From Takakia lepidozioides (taxonomy: Eukaryota; Plantae; Bryophyta): DNA of 64,000 nt. The number at the start of each line of letters is the position of its first letter. Within the stretch, counting starts at the first letter, position 1. The DNA is taken from positions 76,198,001 to 76,262,000 of the forward strand of contig CM060732.1 in NCBI GenBank assembly GCA_030704615.1, given 5' to 3'. The notes under the pieces are model-generated. The model was given only the letters and a program-made list of their open reading frames with translations, searched no databases and was not told the DNA's origin. Shown here piece after piece: positions 21,734 to 36,000 of this stretch. Both the position numbers and the translations under genes were made by a program.

Positions 21734-24700
21734 TGTTAGAATTAGGATGGATGAACTTTTGGGTTCAACTCATCATCCGTTAGATATTCTAGATGCCTAG
21801 AATAGATGCGGCTTATAATAGCTATTAGATAAGTCTTGAGGTTATAGACATCTCTCGGAAAGAGACATATCTCGGTAGGAGACATCTAGTAGATATATAT
21901 ATTGACCTCAGGGGAGAGGCAATCAATCTTTGTATCTTTGTTCAGACCTCTATGGTTGGGAGGAGAGCACATATCTCGGTAGGAGACGTCTAGTAGATAT
22001 ATATATTGACCTCGGGGGATAGGCAATCAATCTTTGTATCTTTGTTCAGACCTCTATGGTTGGGAGGAGAGCTCCTATGTAATAGAGTCATATTGTTTCA
22101 TTCCTGCATCTTCGGAAGTATGTGTGTGTTTTCTTGACATGGTATCAGAGCGGGTTTCTTTGTGGAATTCTTTACAGGATTGTGAGATTTAGTTTCATTC
22201 ATATTTCTAGAAGTGGGATTGATTAGCAAGAGAAAGTACTTGCTAGAGCAAAGATCTGTGTTGTGTAGTTTCCTTGGTGGTGGTGTAAAGTTCTTATTTC
22301 TGTACACCTGTATCCATATCTCTTTGAGTCTGAGAGAAGTAGGACATCACTATACTTGATTAGTTTGGTCTGTGTAGATTTGAAATGTCTCAACATTTTA
22401 GTTATCATGCGATTGCAAATTCGATGGAAACATGTTTCATATATGGAAGGACAAGATGCGAATGGTTCTTGTTAGAGAGGGCACATGGAAGGTTGTGTCT
22501 GGCAAACGTAAGAAACCATCAGAACTAGATGTTGATGCACTACAACAGTGGGAGGATCTTGATCAGAAAGCTCTTGCAACTATTTCTTTGCATGTGAGTG
22601 ATTCCTTGTTTGGGCAAGTGAGTAAGCATGAGACATCTTGTGAAGCTTGGGAATTCCTAGTCAAGATGTATAAGCCTAAGAATGGAAATGCGTTGTTGCA
22701 GTTGCAACAATAATTTTTCACTCTTAAAATGAGTGAGGGAGATTCCATTGCTTCTCACATAGCCAAGATGCAAACTTTACTGGATCAGATTGCAGCGACA
22801 GACTCAGAGATTTCAGAGTTAGACACATGCATGACATTGATGGGGAGTTTGACTCCAGCATTTGAGTTTGTTGCGGTATCTCTTGGAACTCGTCCTATTA
22901 CTGATCTGTCTATGGAGTTAGTTGTTGGAGTGTTCCTTTAGGAGGAATCGTGTTAGAAGCGTCTTGTTGTTGCTACCCTATCAGATATTACGCTCAACAC
23001 AGGGCACAAGTGCAAGCACTTTGTCTCTACCTCTGGTATATCTACCCAGGAGAAGGGGAAGAAGAAGAAGAGGAAGTGTTTCTATTGTGGGAAATCGAAT
23101 ACCATGCTAGTGAATGTCAAAAGAAGGAAGCTGATAGGAAGGCTGACAAACTCAAGAGATCTGCACCTGAAGTCATTACGTGGAGGGTGCTAGTAATAAC
23201 AATGAGTTGTTTATAACTGCCTTGTCTACAGCTCCTAGTGACGACACTTGGTACATCGACTCTGGTGCTTCTCAGCATATGACATCGCATAGAGAATGGT
23301 TTTCTACCTACGAAGACCTTTCAGGTGACAGAAAGGTGTATCTTGGTGATGACAACGCTCTTCAGATCAAGGGTAAGGGTATTATTCCTTTCAAGCTGCC
23401 AAGTGGAGTCTGCAAGAACATCATGGAGGTTCTACATGTTGAGGGACTCCAGAAGAATCTACTATCAGTCAGCAAGATGGAGAATCAAGGTTATCAAGTT
23501 AATTTCAGATCCGGGAGCTGTTTGATGGAGACTCATGAGGGCAATGTGGTTGTGATGGGTGTTCGGACATGACGACTCTACAAGTTGTCAGGATCTCCAC
23601 AGAGAGCAGTTCATGCAAAGGTGTCACGATGCGTCGACACTAATGGTGCTATGGGGAAGGCTGATTTGTGGCATCAACGTCTCGGTCATCTTGGCATTGC
23701 AAGCTTGAAGAGCTTGAAGACAAGGGGCATGGTCGAAGGTATGGACTTGGAGGTTACATCTAACCTAGTGTTCTGTCAAGGTTGTGTATAAGGAAAGTAT
23801 CACCGCAATCCATTTCCAGCTACAGGTGGTACATGGGCATCGGAGTTGCTTGAGTTGGTACATAGATGTGTGTGGGCTGATGGAGAACATTTCTTATGGT
23901 GATGCTAGATACTTTGTCACTTTCATTGATGATTTGTCGCAGAAAACCTTTGTTTATTTCATGAAGGTTTTGGATAAGTTCAAGGTATTCAAAGCTCTTG
24001 CAGAGAAGCAAACAGGGAAGGTGATCAAGAAGTTGCGGTGCGACAATGGTGGTAAGTACATCTTAAAAGCATTCCATCAGTTTTGTGAACAACATGGGAT
24101 TGAGTGACAGATGACTACACCTTACATCCTACAGCAGAATGGAGTTGTAGAACGAAAGAACCGAACTTTGGTTGAGAGTGCAAGGTGCATGTTGGAGCAC
24201 CAAGGTCTTGGCAAAGTATTTTGGGCTGAGGCTATTTCTACTGCTGTGTATGTTAACAATCCAGTTTCTACCATTGCAGTCTTGACACATGTGGAGGCAT
24301 AGAGTGGCAGAAGCCAAGTGTTGCACACCTGAGAGTTTTTGGTTGTGATGCATATGCTCATGTTCCGAAAGATCAAAAGCGCTCAAAGCTGGATTCCAAA
24401 AGCATTAGTGCATGTTTTTGGGATATTGTGAGGGGTCTAAATGCTATCGTATGTTTGACTCAGAACGCCATGTTTTGGTTAGGAGTCATGACGTCCACTT
24501 TGTTTAGTCTTCTAGGCTTACAAAGAAGGTGGGAGTTGGTGAGATTTATATCACAATTGCTGATGTTCTGCATGTTTTACCGCAACCTCATTCCATTGAT
24601 CCAGTTCCACTTATACTAGCTGATACTGTTCCAGTTGCAGTGCTCGAGGTACCAAGTGAACATGCTGATCTTAGATCTGAAGGGAGTCATGGTGATGTCA

Positions 24701-24880
24701 ATGAGACTCATGAGGAAGCTGGTGAAGAGGTGGATGAACCATTTGTACCTCGACGCTCACAATTTACGTAGTTGGAAGCCCTCCAACAGATTTGTAGAGT
24801 CTCTAAACATGACTTTTGCATTTCATTGTACTAGCAATGATGAACCACAGTCCTTGAGATATCATTGGAGAGTGTTGATC
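21734..24880 (+). mobile_element. 3'-truncated Ty1/Copia LTR retrotransposon
   Basis: LTR TG...CA at 21734-22139 with an internal 104-bp tandem duplication; PBS tggtatcagagc at 22140-22151; gag, Zn knuckle, protease WYIDSGAS, WHQRLGH, integrase LRCDNGG and QQNGVVERKNRTL. Stops and frameshifts present; no RT or 3' LTR. Confidence 0.93.
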
Positions 24881-25848
24881 CCTGTGTAGTTACAGGATAA
24901 AGTGGACCAAAAACGACATATTATATTGCATTCCAAGGAAGTCCATGACCAAATTTAAAATTGATGTTATTTCCCAAATAATTTAAAAATGATGATAGAC
25001 AATGGTATATTTAATATTTTTAGTAAATGGTCTTACCCCAAACATCAAAGATAATTTTTACTATTAATCTTTAATTTGATACATCAAAAATTAGAATTTA
25101 CATCGATTTGTCCATAGACAACTAAGCCATTGTAGATTATATATTTTTATCATTTGCAGTAAAATGGGTAAGTGCAAACTACACTGGCTCAAAAGCGGCA
25201 GATGTGTCCTCCACTGAAAGTCCATGAGTAAAAATTAATGCACATTTTAATTAAGGATATTTGTTCAAATATATTTTTATCTGGTAATGGTATACTAATC
25301 ATATTTAGTAAATGGTCTCAATATTTGAGATATTTTTTATTATATATTTTTAAATTATTTTCCCTTATTTAGAAATAATAGCTATTTATTATTATCTTGT
25401 AGTTTATGAAATTTGTCCATATAACAATAAGCTCCTAGAGATAATAACAATATATATATATTCTTAGCAAAGATCTCCACCCAAATATAAATTTTTCAAA
25501 ATGCTATAGACAAATCGTCATTTTGGGGGTTTTTTTGGTACAAAAAAATCCATAGTGTCTTGATGGATGGATGGAATTGTTCACAAATTTATATTTGTGT
25601 CTATTCAAACATTGTGTATCTAGTTGTAAAGTCCATATATGAATTGGTTTTGCACAAATAGGTTTTTCAGATGGCATTTGGGACATCTAATGGACTCTGG
25701 CAGTCCATTGGAATTCCTTACAAAAGTCCATAATTTCATGAGATTTCATCCAAATTCCAAAATAATTGTACCGACATGTACATATGGTAAGTGGCTAACC
25801 CATTCTAAGTCCATTTGCTATGAATATATATTTACGTGTATATAGGGT
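24880..25848. repeat. AT-rich insertion with recurrent GTCCAT motifs and a diverged ~290-bp internal duplication
   Basis: Abrupt composition shift at the Copia break; atggtata...agtaaatggtct and tttgtccata...aagc each occur twice about 290-300 bp apart. Confidence 0.45.
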
Positions 25849-26728
25849 GAAGAATAATATGACAGGCAGTCAATCAAAAACTGCAAATTGCAATTCCAAT
25901 CTGAGCCACTCTAGTATGCATCTACCCTAGAAACAAGAAAGCAAGTGCATGCCCACATTATCAAAAATGAATATTTCCAAATATCTGTCTACTCAACACC
26001 CCGTCTCACAAAAAAAGAAAGAAAGAAAAAGAATGGAGGCTGGAGCAGGCACACAAAACAAAGAGGGAGAGCCTACGTAAGCTTAGAGGTTTAAGGCTTG
26101 AAACACAAAGAAGGGCAGCTGGCAGTCAGCGTTTTTCTTATAGGAGAATTTTTGCCAGATTTCGACCTCAAAAAAATAAAAATAGAATAAATAAATAAAT
26201 AAATAAATTCTGTCGAAAGTCCCATGTTTTTCATGGCAGAAGTGGATGATTTCAGTGGATGACTGCTATTTTCTGCAAAACTCTGTAGCCACTCGTGCTG
26301 TTTTCCAAATTTCCTAAGAAAAACACTGCTGGCAGTGCTCGGTGAGGCTCCCCTAGGTGGACTTATTAGTAAGATTAACAAAAACTACTAACAATTTGTA
26401 CCTTTTTTAGCCTCTCCTAGCCTCAAGGTGGACTTACTAATAAAATTGCTAATAACTATCAGTAATCTCTGCAGATTTTCTATTCATTTGTAGCTTTCAG
26501 GCTTTGTGAGCCTCTCCTAGGTGGACTTAGTAATCAAATTACCCCTAATTATCAGAAATTTCTGCCTTTCTTTTGACAGGCTATTTTTTAATTTTGACTT
26601 TCACTGTGACAGGCATTTTTTTCTCATTGCCTTTTTTTTGACAGGCTCATTTTTTTTGTTGCCTTTTTTTGCCTGTCAAATGCCTTGTGACACGTGCAAA
26701 AATCAGCCATGCTCCTGTGTGAACATGA

Positions 26729-27278
26729 AGGTACCATAAATTCATTCCAAATGTCATGCGCAAAATCGTAGGAGACCAATTTCCTGGTAAGCGGCATTCC
26801 AAAAATGGACACTTCCATTACAGTGGACACCGGAAGCTTCAGAACCTTCAAACGCTCTGGAGATCGAGGATGATCTGAGCCAGGAATCTGTGGGCGAGTC
26901 AATATGTGTGGCATCGTCGTCCGATGTGGCAAGAACTTTCAATTCTTGATATTTTTGCAGAACATCGTTACCTGGAGGAAGAAGTGCGCACATCCACATA
27001 ATTTAAGAAGAGGCAACTGCCGCCATGACCTTGTGACGGATTCACCACCATGACAATAGAGTCCAGCTCAGACTGCATACAGTTTACTTGGCGTACATGT
27101 TGCATCAGGCAAACCAATCCTCCTGCTGCTGCCACCATATGAATCTCGGCAGGCCAAAGTATCAGTGTGTTCCACCTCTTGACAGGCAACGCATCCGCAG
27201 CAGGTCTAACAGCGGCAACACGGACATTACTCGAAGCAGCAGCACCTCCGGTAGCATCTTCCACAGTCTCGGATCCAT
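26729..27278 (-). pseudogene. F-box protein pseudogene, paralog of 48276-49396
   Basis: MDPRLWKMLPEVLL F-box start; MVAAAGGLVCL; SGVHCNG; LVSYDFAHDIWNEF. Deletions and frameshifts. Confidence 0.85.
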
Positions 27279-29199
27279 TGCACGCTAACCCACAGTCTCA
27301 AGGAACTAAGAAAACAAAACACCACCCCCCGAGAGAATGCAGTAGTTAAGGAAATGCTTGCTCAGTCTCTGAGCGTTGTGACCTGAAACACTCCAAAGGA
27401 ACAGTCTGGTGCGAAGGAAGCCTCTCGTGCTTTGACGGCGCAGCACCGAGCTTTGCCGTCGTGTCAGTCCGTGTCGGCGACGGGGCCAGATAGAGAATGG
27501 AAGGCGAACAGAAACCGGAAGGTGAGCGAGAGAGAGAGAAAGAGAGATCCTTGAAGCTGGATTATCTTTACTCATACACATGACGAGATTTGATGGTGCA
27601 ATCGTTTGTTGCGTGGGTTCAAAGTGCAGGGGCCAAAAGAGATGTTCGGCTTCGCTCCCACTCATTGGACTGTCTGGGGGTGAAGGCAGAGCGTGTTCAA
27701 TAGCCAAGGCCCCGTCTTCTAGTTTGGTTCATGCGAGAGCTCCTACATCATGCAGCAGATTAAGGGGCCGTCGAGCTGACAGTGGCATCCCCCTGAGTTC
27801 CTGAGTTCCTTTGGGACCATAAGTAAGACAGACTAGAGATGCAGCCACGTACACCTAAAGCATGCAAGGTCAGTACATATAACGGCGCCGTCGAGATACC
27901 CAAGGCATTGAATGCCTGACAGCCCGACAGAGGGATGAGTTAGACGACAAAGGGTGACAGGAGAGCATGGGGCATCACAGGCAAGAGACTCAGTAATGGC
28001 TGCTAGAACGTACTACATACTTGAATCCACCACCCATATTTTCGCACAGCAAACTTTCTCATAGCTCTTCGGAGCCTCCACATTTAAGTTATATAACTTT
28101 TCTCTGCTCCGGGTCATCCAAAGACGTTGCTCCGAGTCTGACTGGAAGCAAGATACCAGCAAATGTCAACTGCTCATTCTGAGGCGATTTCCACCACAGA
28201 AGTCAATTGCAAAGGGGACTCCCCTTTGTTCTGATAATAGGCATGTGTTGGATCACATTGAAATGGATAGAGTACATATGAATTCATGATATAAAGCGTT
28301 TGAGGTGTGCAGTGCACTGTCTTGAGCTTTTGATCATACTACAGGGGACAATATGCATGCAATCAAACTCAAGGTTGACAAGCAAAGCGAGTAGTCAGTA
28401 TGTATCTCATCACATTTGGGCGATCAAAAACACAATTCGCTAATATAGTTGCGAAAGAGGGGCAAGAGGGATCCAAGATCCACGCTTTTATATTTGTACC
28501 AGATCTGTTCAACTACTCTTTACCTCTGGGCACATGAAGTACTGCGTTATGGCTCATTACTTCCATTAATTTTAGGTTGAGGGGATGCGTTGCTAGCCAT
28601 TTCTTCCACTGCCATAGGTAGGAAGTGGGCAGCAGTGGATGGTCGTAAGGACTCAGGAGATGGACGCAAAATGCATCAATTCAAAGCATGATACTTTCGC
28701 CATAGTCACATGATATGAAGGTGCCTGGAAAGAGAGATTGAAAAGAAAGCTAGGGTAGAGCCATCGATCGGGGATCTGCACAAACAACACTTTGCAAGTC
28801 GGAGGACCTCGATGCTCACGAGGCATAAGCATAAGCACATGGGTTATCAATGATCATTTCCTCCATCATAGTCTGAAGTGCCCCCCTTCACTCCATGATA
28901 ACTCCAGGTTTGTTGAAACCAAAAGGATCTTCTTGCTGGAGGGTTTTCGTGAGCATCTGGAGCACTTTCTCTGATGATTTGAAGTCTATGTCGAAAGAAT
29001 CGGAAGGGCCTTGTGCTCGTCAGATTGCCGCAAGTGGTCGTCAGAAAGTGCCCACATCAATAACCTATGGGTGAGCTTCTGTGTCGGGCTTCAGCTCATC
29101 CCTAAGCTTTTGTCTTGTATAGCCCATCCATTATTGCGTTTCAAGACATTGTGCGGCCTGATGGGGTGATGTCATGCCTGGGTTCTGGACTCCTGTCCC

Positions 29200-30460
29200 A
29201 TACACATTTTATTTGTGGGGCGCCATATAGTATTCTCAACCTCACAAGCAATCACTTGTGTGTAGGCCTGGTCCCACTCTGATTGCTAGCTGCATCATGG
29301 CAGTGAATGGAAGGGATAGCCATGGTGAATCATCGGAGGCCTTACACAGGCAAATTCTGCTTTTGGGGACTGCCCCTCCATTGTGGTTCCTACGTTCCTA
29401 CTTCCTACCTTCACTTTTGATATGAGCAAGTGTTTTTTGCACTTGCTTTACTAAGTTGGATTGAGAGATGGAGGTTATCAGTCTTTCGGGCTAGTCATCC
29501 ATCTCCTTGATGACAATGATGATTAGAGGGATGACCAGACTAGGTGCATTGATGCTCATAGTGATGCAAGTATGTACAAGTGGAGCATTACGGCACGGCT
29601 GTAAAGTAGAGTACCAGTGCAGCCACTACCTACATACTCTGTCGTCTACACATCCGGACACCCTGATCCTATGGCCCTTGCCAATTCTCGTCACTGCCTC
29701 CTATTACCAGGACACATTTACAATTGACACCTCTACAGCATACTCTTCCAAGCTCTGGACAAAGAAACATGGGGATGGTATTGGATCGTGCAGTAGGTAT
29801 ACTGGTGCGGTAGGTATGTACTGATGAGTAGGAGTAGGTATCTTGGTGGGCGATGTTGTTGGAGAGTGCTAAAAAGCCTTTGACCAATTCCACTCCAAAC
29901 ATGTCCATCATCCATGCTAGAATTCTCACTCATGAATCCATGATCAGGTTCACCAGTAAGGTCCTTTACTGTGAAAGCATCAAGTTTGCGACCCATACTT
30001 TGTCAGTGCAAAATCATTGAACTGTTGGAGCATCACGACGGCGACCCAAAACCAATCAGCAATTCCATGCCCAGTTTTTTCCTCGCTTTTAATTTGAGCC
30101 GGTCGGAAAGTGTAAATGAATGTTAGGTCGGAAAGTCTTACTCCCCGTTAGTTTACACTGGCAATTCTTTCATAATCCCGGATGGTAACTAACATTTACA
30201 TATCCAAGGTGGACAGTAGCTTTGGCCAGTCAACGAACTCAGGGAGATTATAATGTGTGAGGGTCGTTGCACAACTCACGATGTGGCAGTGTCTACTGCA
30301 CACTGACAAGGACTTCACTTTGAAGTTTTGCTGACTATGCACACAATAGGGTCTCTGCACTCCCGAGGCTTGCGCTCTTTGATTCCCTCACAAAAATGGA
30401 TATTTTTGTTTGTATTCCGTCTTTGGTGGTTGCACATGAGCTAAAGCAAATCCCCATGGC
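29200..30460 (-). pseudogene. Possible heavily decayed receptor-like cytoplasmic kinase
   Basis: Ordered weak motifs only: MGICFS, LDAFTVKDL..GFMSEN..VWSG, TYLHH, YYMAP. No intact catalytic motif. Confidence 0.3.
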
Positions 30461-33026
30461 TGAGAATAAGTTATCATCTCTGGATTTTATCATTGTCTCT
30501 GCTATGGAGATTATGTCCACGTCTGTTGTCGTAGTGAGAGAGTGTTCACTCTTGTACTGGCTGGCCCACCGCCCAACTCAATCTTGAGTGGGCCCGGATG
30601 TCTCTTTTATAGGAGGTGGACCCAATGCATTATTTGCAATCACTTCCCAATGAATGAGCTGCTAGCTACGAGAGTCCACATATCATATGCTACAGCGTTC
30701 TGAAGGGTCCCATATCCCTTGCTGTCTGGATATTGCACTTCGTAGTACAAACTACAAACGACTATTAGTAAGGATCTAAAGAAGATTGAATCTCATAAAC
30801 TTCCACATTGAGTTGACAATTCAGTGGCAAATGAAATACAGCGAATGTTAATATGCGTGAAATGGCCCGGATATAAAACATCAAGAACGAGACGATCCCA
30901 AATACTTCAATGTTTCCATCGAGGGAAAACTCCTTGTGGCAGGCCTTCCGCCCCATGCCTTGCCCTGGGTTCCAAGAGGAGAGGAGGTTTAATGAACTTT
31001 TCCCTTGGTCAGTCCATACTTTCTGAGCTCGAAATCGAGGGGATGACAGCTTGGAAGAGATGTTCGAGAATGTGCCTCGACTTTTGGGTACTTGCACAGT
31101 TGTGGATCTGGGGCCCCTCTTGGCCGTCCCTGCAGGGCCCCGGGAAACCTTTCATGATTTCGACTTAAACTTTGCCATTTGTAGACTTAACAGTCTAGCG
31201 CTAGCCTCCCTTTGTCTGTGCTTTGAGGAAACAGGGAGGGGTACGAATTGCGGTCTCACACTGGAATCAAGCTGCCTGCTGAGCGCAATCTGCCTGCAAC
31301 TGATCATCAAGGTGGGTGCAAGCACCTTCCGACGTTCAGCTTCCTCCAGGCTTTCACTCAACAATGTGTGTGAAGGATTTTTAGTATGAAGTTGATTTAA
31401 TTTTTTTTATGCTTCAGTGCAATCTGAGAACCGATCTCTGAAGACTGGGTGAAGACGGGATATAATTGTATGTTCGTATACCTACCCTCGGCACTGTTAC
31501 TGGGACGTCTCTGCGCCTACATGATGATGATGATGTACACCCACAGTTCCCTCAACCGCCTTCTTTTTTCGCTCTCCCTCCATACAGACGTTCGTTTAAC
31601 AACAGTGAAAAAGCATTGCTTTTAATGAGCTTCATTTCCCTGTGAGAGTTGTGTATGGGTCCAATAAGTGGAAGTGCAGTCTTTTGAACCCATTTGCCAG
31701 CGACCGCAAGATCAATTGAGTTCAGCTAGCCATGTCAAGAACACTCGGCAATACAACCCTTCTCGGAGGTTTAGAGGAAGCCAGTTCTCCCGAGAGGAAC
31801 GTGAGAGGACGAGAAAAAGGACAAGGCGAGGAAGGGAGAGAGAGAGTGCCAGCAGTAGTTAGAAGTCGAGAAGGCTGTGCTGTGCGAGCAGCACTTGCAG
31901 TAAGGCGCCATTTTATAGTGTTAAAGTGCGCAGGCTGCCGCTTTCACTGCTTTCTTAATTGGCCAGCTGGAGTCTAAGTGATCTCAACTAATCTCTTCAT
32001 AACTGTAGGATTCCATGAACAATGTGAGGGCCTTGGGCAGCGGGCTTCCCTCAGTCAGCCTGCGTGATTTGTGGAACACTTATCGTGTGAACTTTATCAT
32101 AGCACATACTGGGCCCTAGGATGGGTTTCCTATGATTTGAGTTTCATCACTCACTTGCTCATGTTTAGTTGATGGGTTGTTGGTTGTAATTAGCAAATGG
32201 GTTCAAAGAAGTCCTCCCGCTGGCCGTCTGCCTAAATCAAACTCAAAGACAACGACTGAGGAATTTCAAGAGCTAGCCTCGTGGGGGCCCGAGGCCCATT
32301 CGATGGTCTAATCTTTGATGCTGAATGTGATATGGTTTTGCTAACCCGTAGTGCGTGTCAATACGAGTCCAGGAAGTTTTATGGAGTTCTTCACACCTAA
32401 TACATTTATGTGCTTTGCGTCTTTCGCCTGGAAGACCAGCTTTTGAGTTCCTTGATAGCTGCTGTTCTGAGAGGAGGGACCCGCGCATGCGTGGATCTTT
32501 GAGTTGAAATGTGTACTTGGACGTGTTCTCGGTGTGGGTCGTTGCTCTTGAGACTCGCATCACTGCGGGCTACGCAAACTTGTTGCGAGATGACGACATC
32601 GGAGCCCAACATTGGTCGCGAGTGTGGGTGCTAAATCTCAATGGAATTAGGCATAGAAGGCGTTTACGCATTGTCTTTTCTTGACCGTACACGCATGCTT
32701 TATTTTAGAAGTTCAGTGACAATGTGAAGAAGAGCAATGGTGAGGTCTAATCAACTTGAAGCTCAATGAGGGAGAAGCAGTGTCACAATCCCAGCGGTCT
32801 AGTCGCACTGAACCCAGAGTTCCAATTGCTGGTCCTGGTGGAGATGCACGGTGGTTCTCTCTGTTGAGCCGAGGCATTGTTCTTCTGTAGTCCATATCAC
32901 TTGCCTCAAGGGTCGTAGGACTACCTCTCATGTTAATATCGGATGAAAATACTCTTTCAGTTTCGGCTCCGCATTGCCAAAATTGAGAATCAGTCTTTGA
33001 CGAATGGAATGACAAGCTAAGGTCAC

Positions 33027-36000
33027 ATGGGGAGGGAGACTGATGTAAGCCCTCCGGAGGTGGTCAAGTACATTAGTAATGACAAGTTGGGTGACAGCCC
33101 AAGACGTCCAGGACTGGGGCTAAGCTCAGGGGGATCCTTGACCAAATCATCCGGGAACGTGTGGGGGTCTTACGTCAGTCCAAGCAGTGTGAAAGATGAA
33201 AGTCCACTAGGAACAAATCATATCAGCGCCAGAGTGTCGAGAAGGCTCGAGTTCAGCTCGTCACGAAGTGTCTCTTCGAAAGTTGGGTCTCAGATTAGTT
33301 GCAAGACCTGGACGCCCCAGCATCAAGGTAGCAACGGAACGGGTGTGCCCAACGGCGATCGGCTTGCAGACAATGCAGAACCTGAATCAGAGTACAACAA
33401 TGCATCTATTACCAGTGATGAGTTGCGGCAAATTGAACAAGTCCTTCAGTCCTCTGGGAGCCGTTTGGAGGAGCTCTACAAGAAGGTAAGTTGGGATGGA
33501 CCTGGACAGATCACGCGTCCTCCTTTCCGCATTGCCCTCTTTCAATATTGAACCTTGTTCTGATCCCTCTGACCCGTCAATAGTCTTCGGAAAGAGAAAG
33601 GGAATGAAATAAAATGGTACTTTATAACGCACTTAAAAATATTTCACAAGAGAATACTTGTGAAATATTCATCTTGGTCGCATTCCAGGACTGATGATAA
33701 TGTCAAGCATGCTTATAGCTTGTCATGACAACATCTATGATTTTGCAGCTGCACTCAGGCAAGGTAGATTCTTATTGAGGAAAATATGGGCATGCATTGA
33801 CTTGTTGGTCTTCTTGATTATGCAGGTGTCTGAATCTACCTTCAAGGACCTTGTGTCAATTTTTGAAAGATTGCAATGGGATATATTGAAAGAGACTGGC
33901 TACATGAACTGGTTTGGCCTGGGCTTCACGCTAGCAGGCTATCTCAGCTACCACTGCGAAGAAGTAGGCACCATTGCAGGAGAGAAGTGGGTCGCCTTGA
34001 AGGCCCACTCTAATTTTATCACTGACCAACTTGATGAACTGAAACTTTGCCTTGAGTCAGACAGCGACATCTTCAAGCTGGCAGCTGGTACACTTCTATA
34101 TTGCTGCTCAGTGGTTCGACATCTTGAGCACAGACATGAGAAGTGAGTGCTCCCATTGTCCCATTTGCAACACTATTGTGCATTATTTTCTGCACATATA
34201 GATTTTTTCTTTTGTTAGTGGTACTTAGTTATTTCACGAATTCTGGAGCATATCACACTGGACCCAGCTCAACCTCAAACTGCCATACAACATCAAGCAT
34301 GGGTGTATACAGGGAAATCCCAGACAATGTATAGTGCAATGGTCAAGGTGAACATTAACACAGTATCCTGGAAATTGAATGTTATTAACTTTCCAGCAGC
34401 CTCACTGCTCCTTCATATCCATGAGTATACTCCGAGATTCTCAACAAAAGTTTGAATCAGGGCTGGGAATACGTCGTGGATATTAGAGCTCCCTCAACTG
34501 ATTCGGTAGGTGTGAACAGGAGACAGCCTGTATTGACCTTCTAAGTAGGTCTCGGAATGTCCAGCTTGCAGATGATGATACCAGCTAAGTCCCAACTGTA
34601 ATAAATCCCTTTCTCACTTTTTGCAGCTTGTGTCCTAGCTTGTGTGAGGGTATCCTAAATTGCTGACCATAATGTCCTTGAACTCACTGCACAATTCAGC
34701 AATGTTAGGATATTCTTGCCTAATATCTTTTCTTTCACTAGGGACCCTTTGCATTTATCAGATGCCAGATTCTGTGGTATAGAACTGCAAAATCCTTATC
34801 CTCCAACAGAGAGGAGTAAAATTTGGCTGCAGTGTTACTCACTGACATACTGAACAACCCTTGGGTCTGGTGGACTTTGAGTGTATGTCACACATCTTGT
34901 GTTATAATTTTCTTCTGTTGGTTGAAGCTTTAGTATGCATACAAAGGGATTCGTGTGCAAAGGATGGTAAGTTTTCAAATATTTTTATACTTGTTTGTAA
35001 TTTTCATTAGTGTTGGATTGACCCTACCCATTTTCTGGAAATTTTTTACAGAGTGTGCTGCATTTTGTAGGTGTTCATGTTTTGGATCGCGGTCATCTCA
35101 CGACCGATTGCAGCAACAAGTAGAGAACACAGTAGGGGAGCTCAAGAGTTTGCAGGACAATCTCACATTTGCAACTCTGGCTTCTGTGGGCAACCGCGTC
35201 TCACAACCGATCACTTCTCCAGGAGCTCTTTTCAAGAGGCTAGGACCTGACCAATTGACTTTGAGTGTGGGCCTTGAACAGCACGTTGTTCTCATCATGG
35301 ATTTCATGAAGAACAATGGTGTCTGTTTGGTGGGAATTCATGGGCAGGCTGGCCTTGGTAAAACTACATTGTTGAATGGAATCGTTTCCAAGGTTGAGAA
35401 GACTGAGAAGCGTCTGTTTGCGTACATTGAGGTGAGTGATGATCTTCGGAGGCTGCAGTCTTCTTTGTTACAGCAACTCGGGGGCGGCAAAAAGGAGTTT
35501 AACAGCACTGCTCAGGGCCGAAATGCTCTTCTTTATCAGCTGCGAAAGCTGAAACAGAACAACAAGGTGGTCCGCATAGCTATTGACAATTTGTTTGATG
35601 TCCGTTTGGTTGGGGAGCTCTTTCCCCATAGCCTGGGCAAAGTTCTTTCAGCCAAAAGCTCTGTTATTATCACATGTCCCTCCCTTGCCATTCTAACTAA
35701 AGTTGATCAACTTTGTCGATCTGCTATGCCTGGGTATCATTACCTACCGTACAAATTGCCTTGCCTGAACCCGCAACAAGCTAAAACCCTCTTCATTTCT
35801 CATGTTGCCTCAGAGCCCGTAAACACTCCGTTTTCAATCAATGGTGTACTGTCCAAGTATGGAGACCTGGCTGACCACTTTCTGCCGCTGTGCGAGGGGC
35901 TTCCCATGGCCTTGAAGGTTGTTGGTTCCTATTTTTCTAATCCTGCCAACTGCAATGAGGAAAACTGGATTGCCCTAGCCAAACGAATGAAGCAGGTTGC

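Noticed and set aside
30765-31389. Overlapping ORFs upstream of the NLR
   Set aside because: No recognisable domain or convincing splice model.
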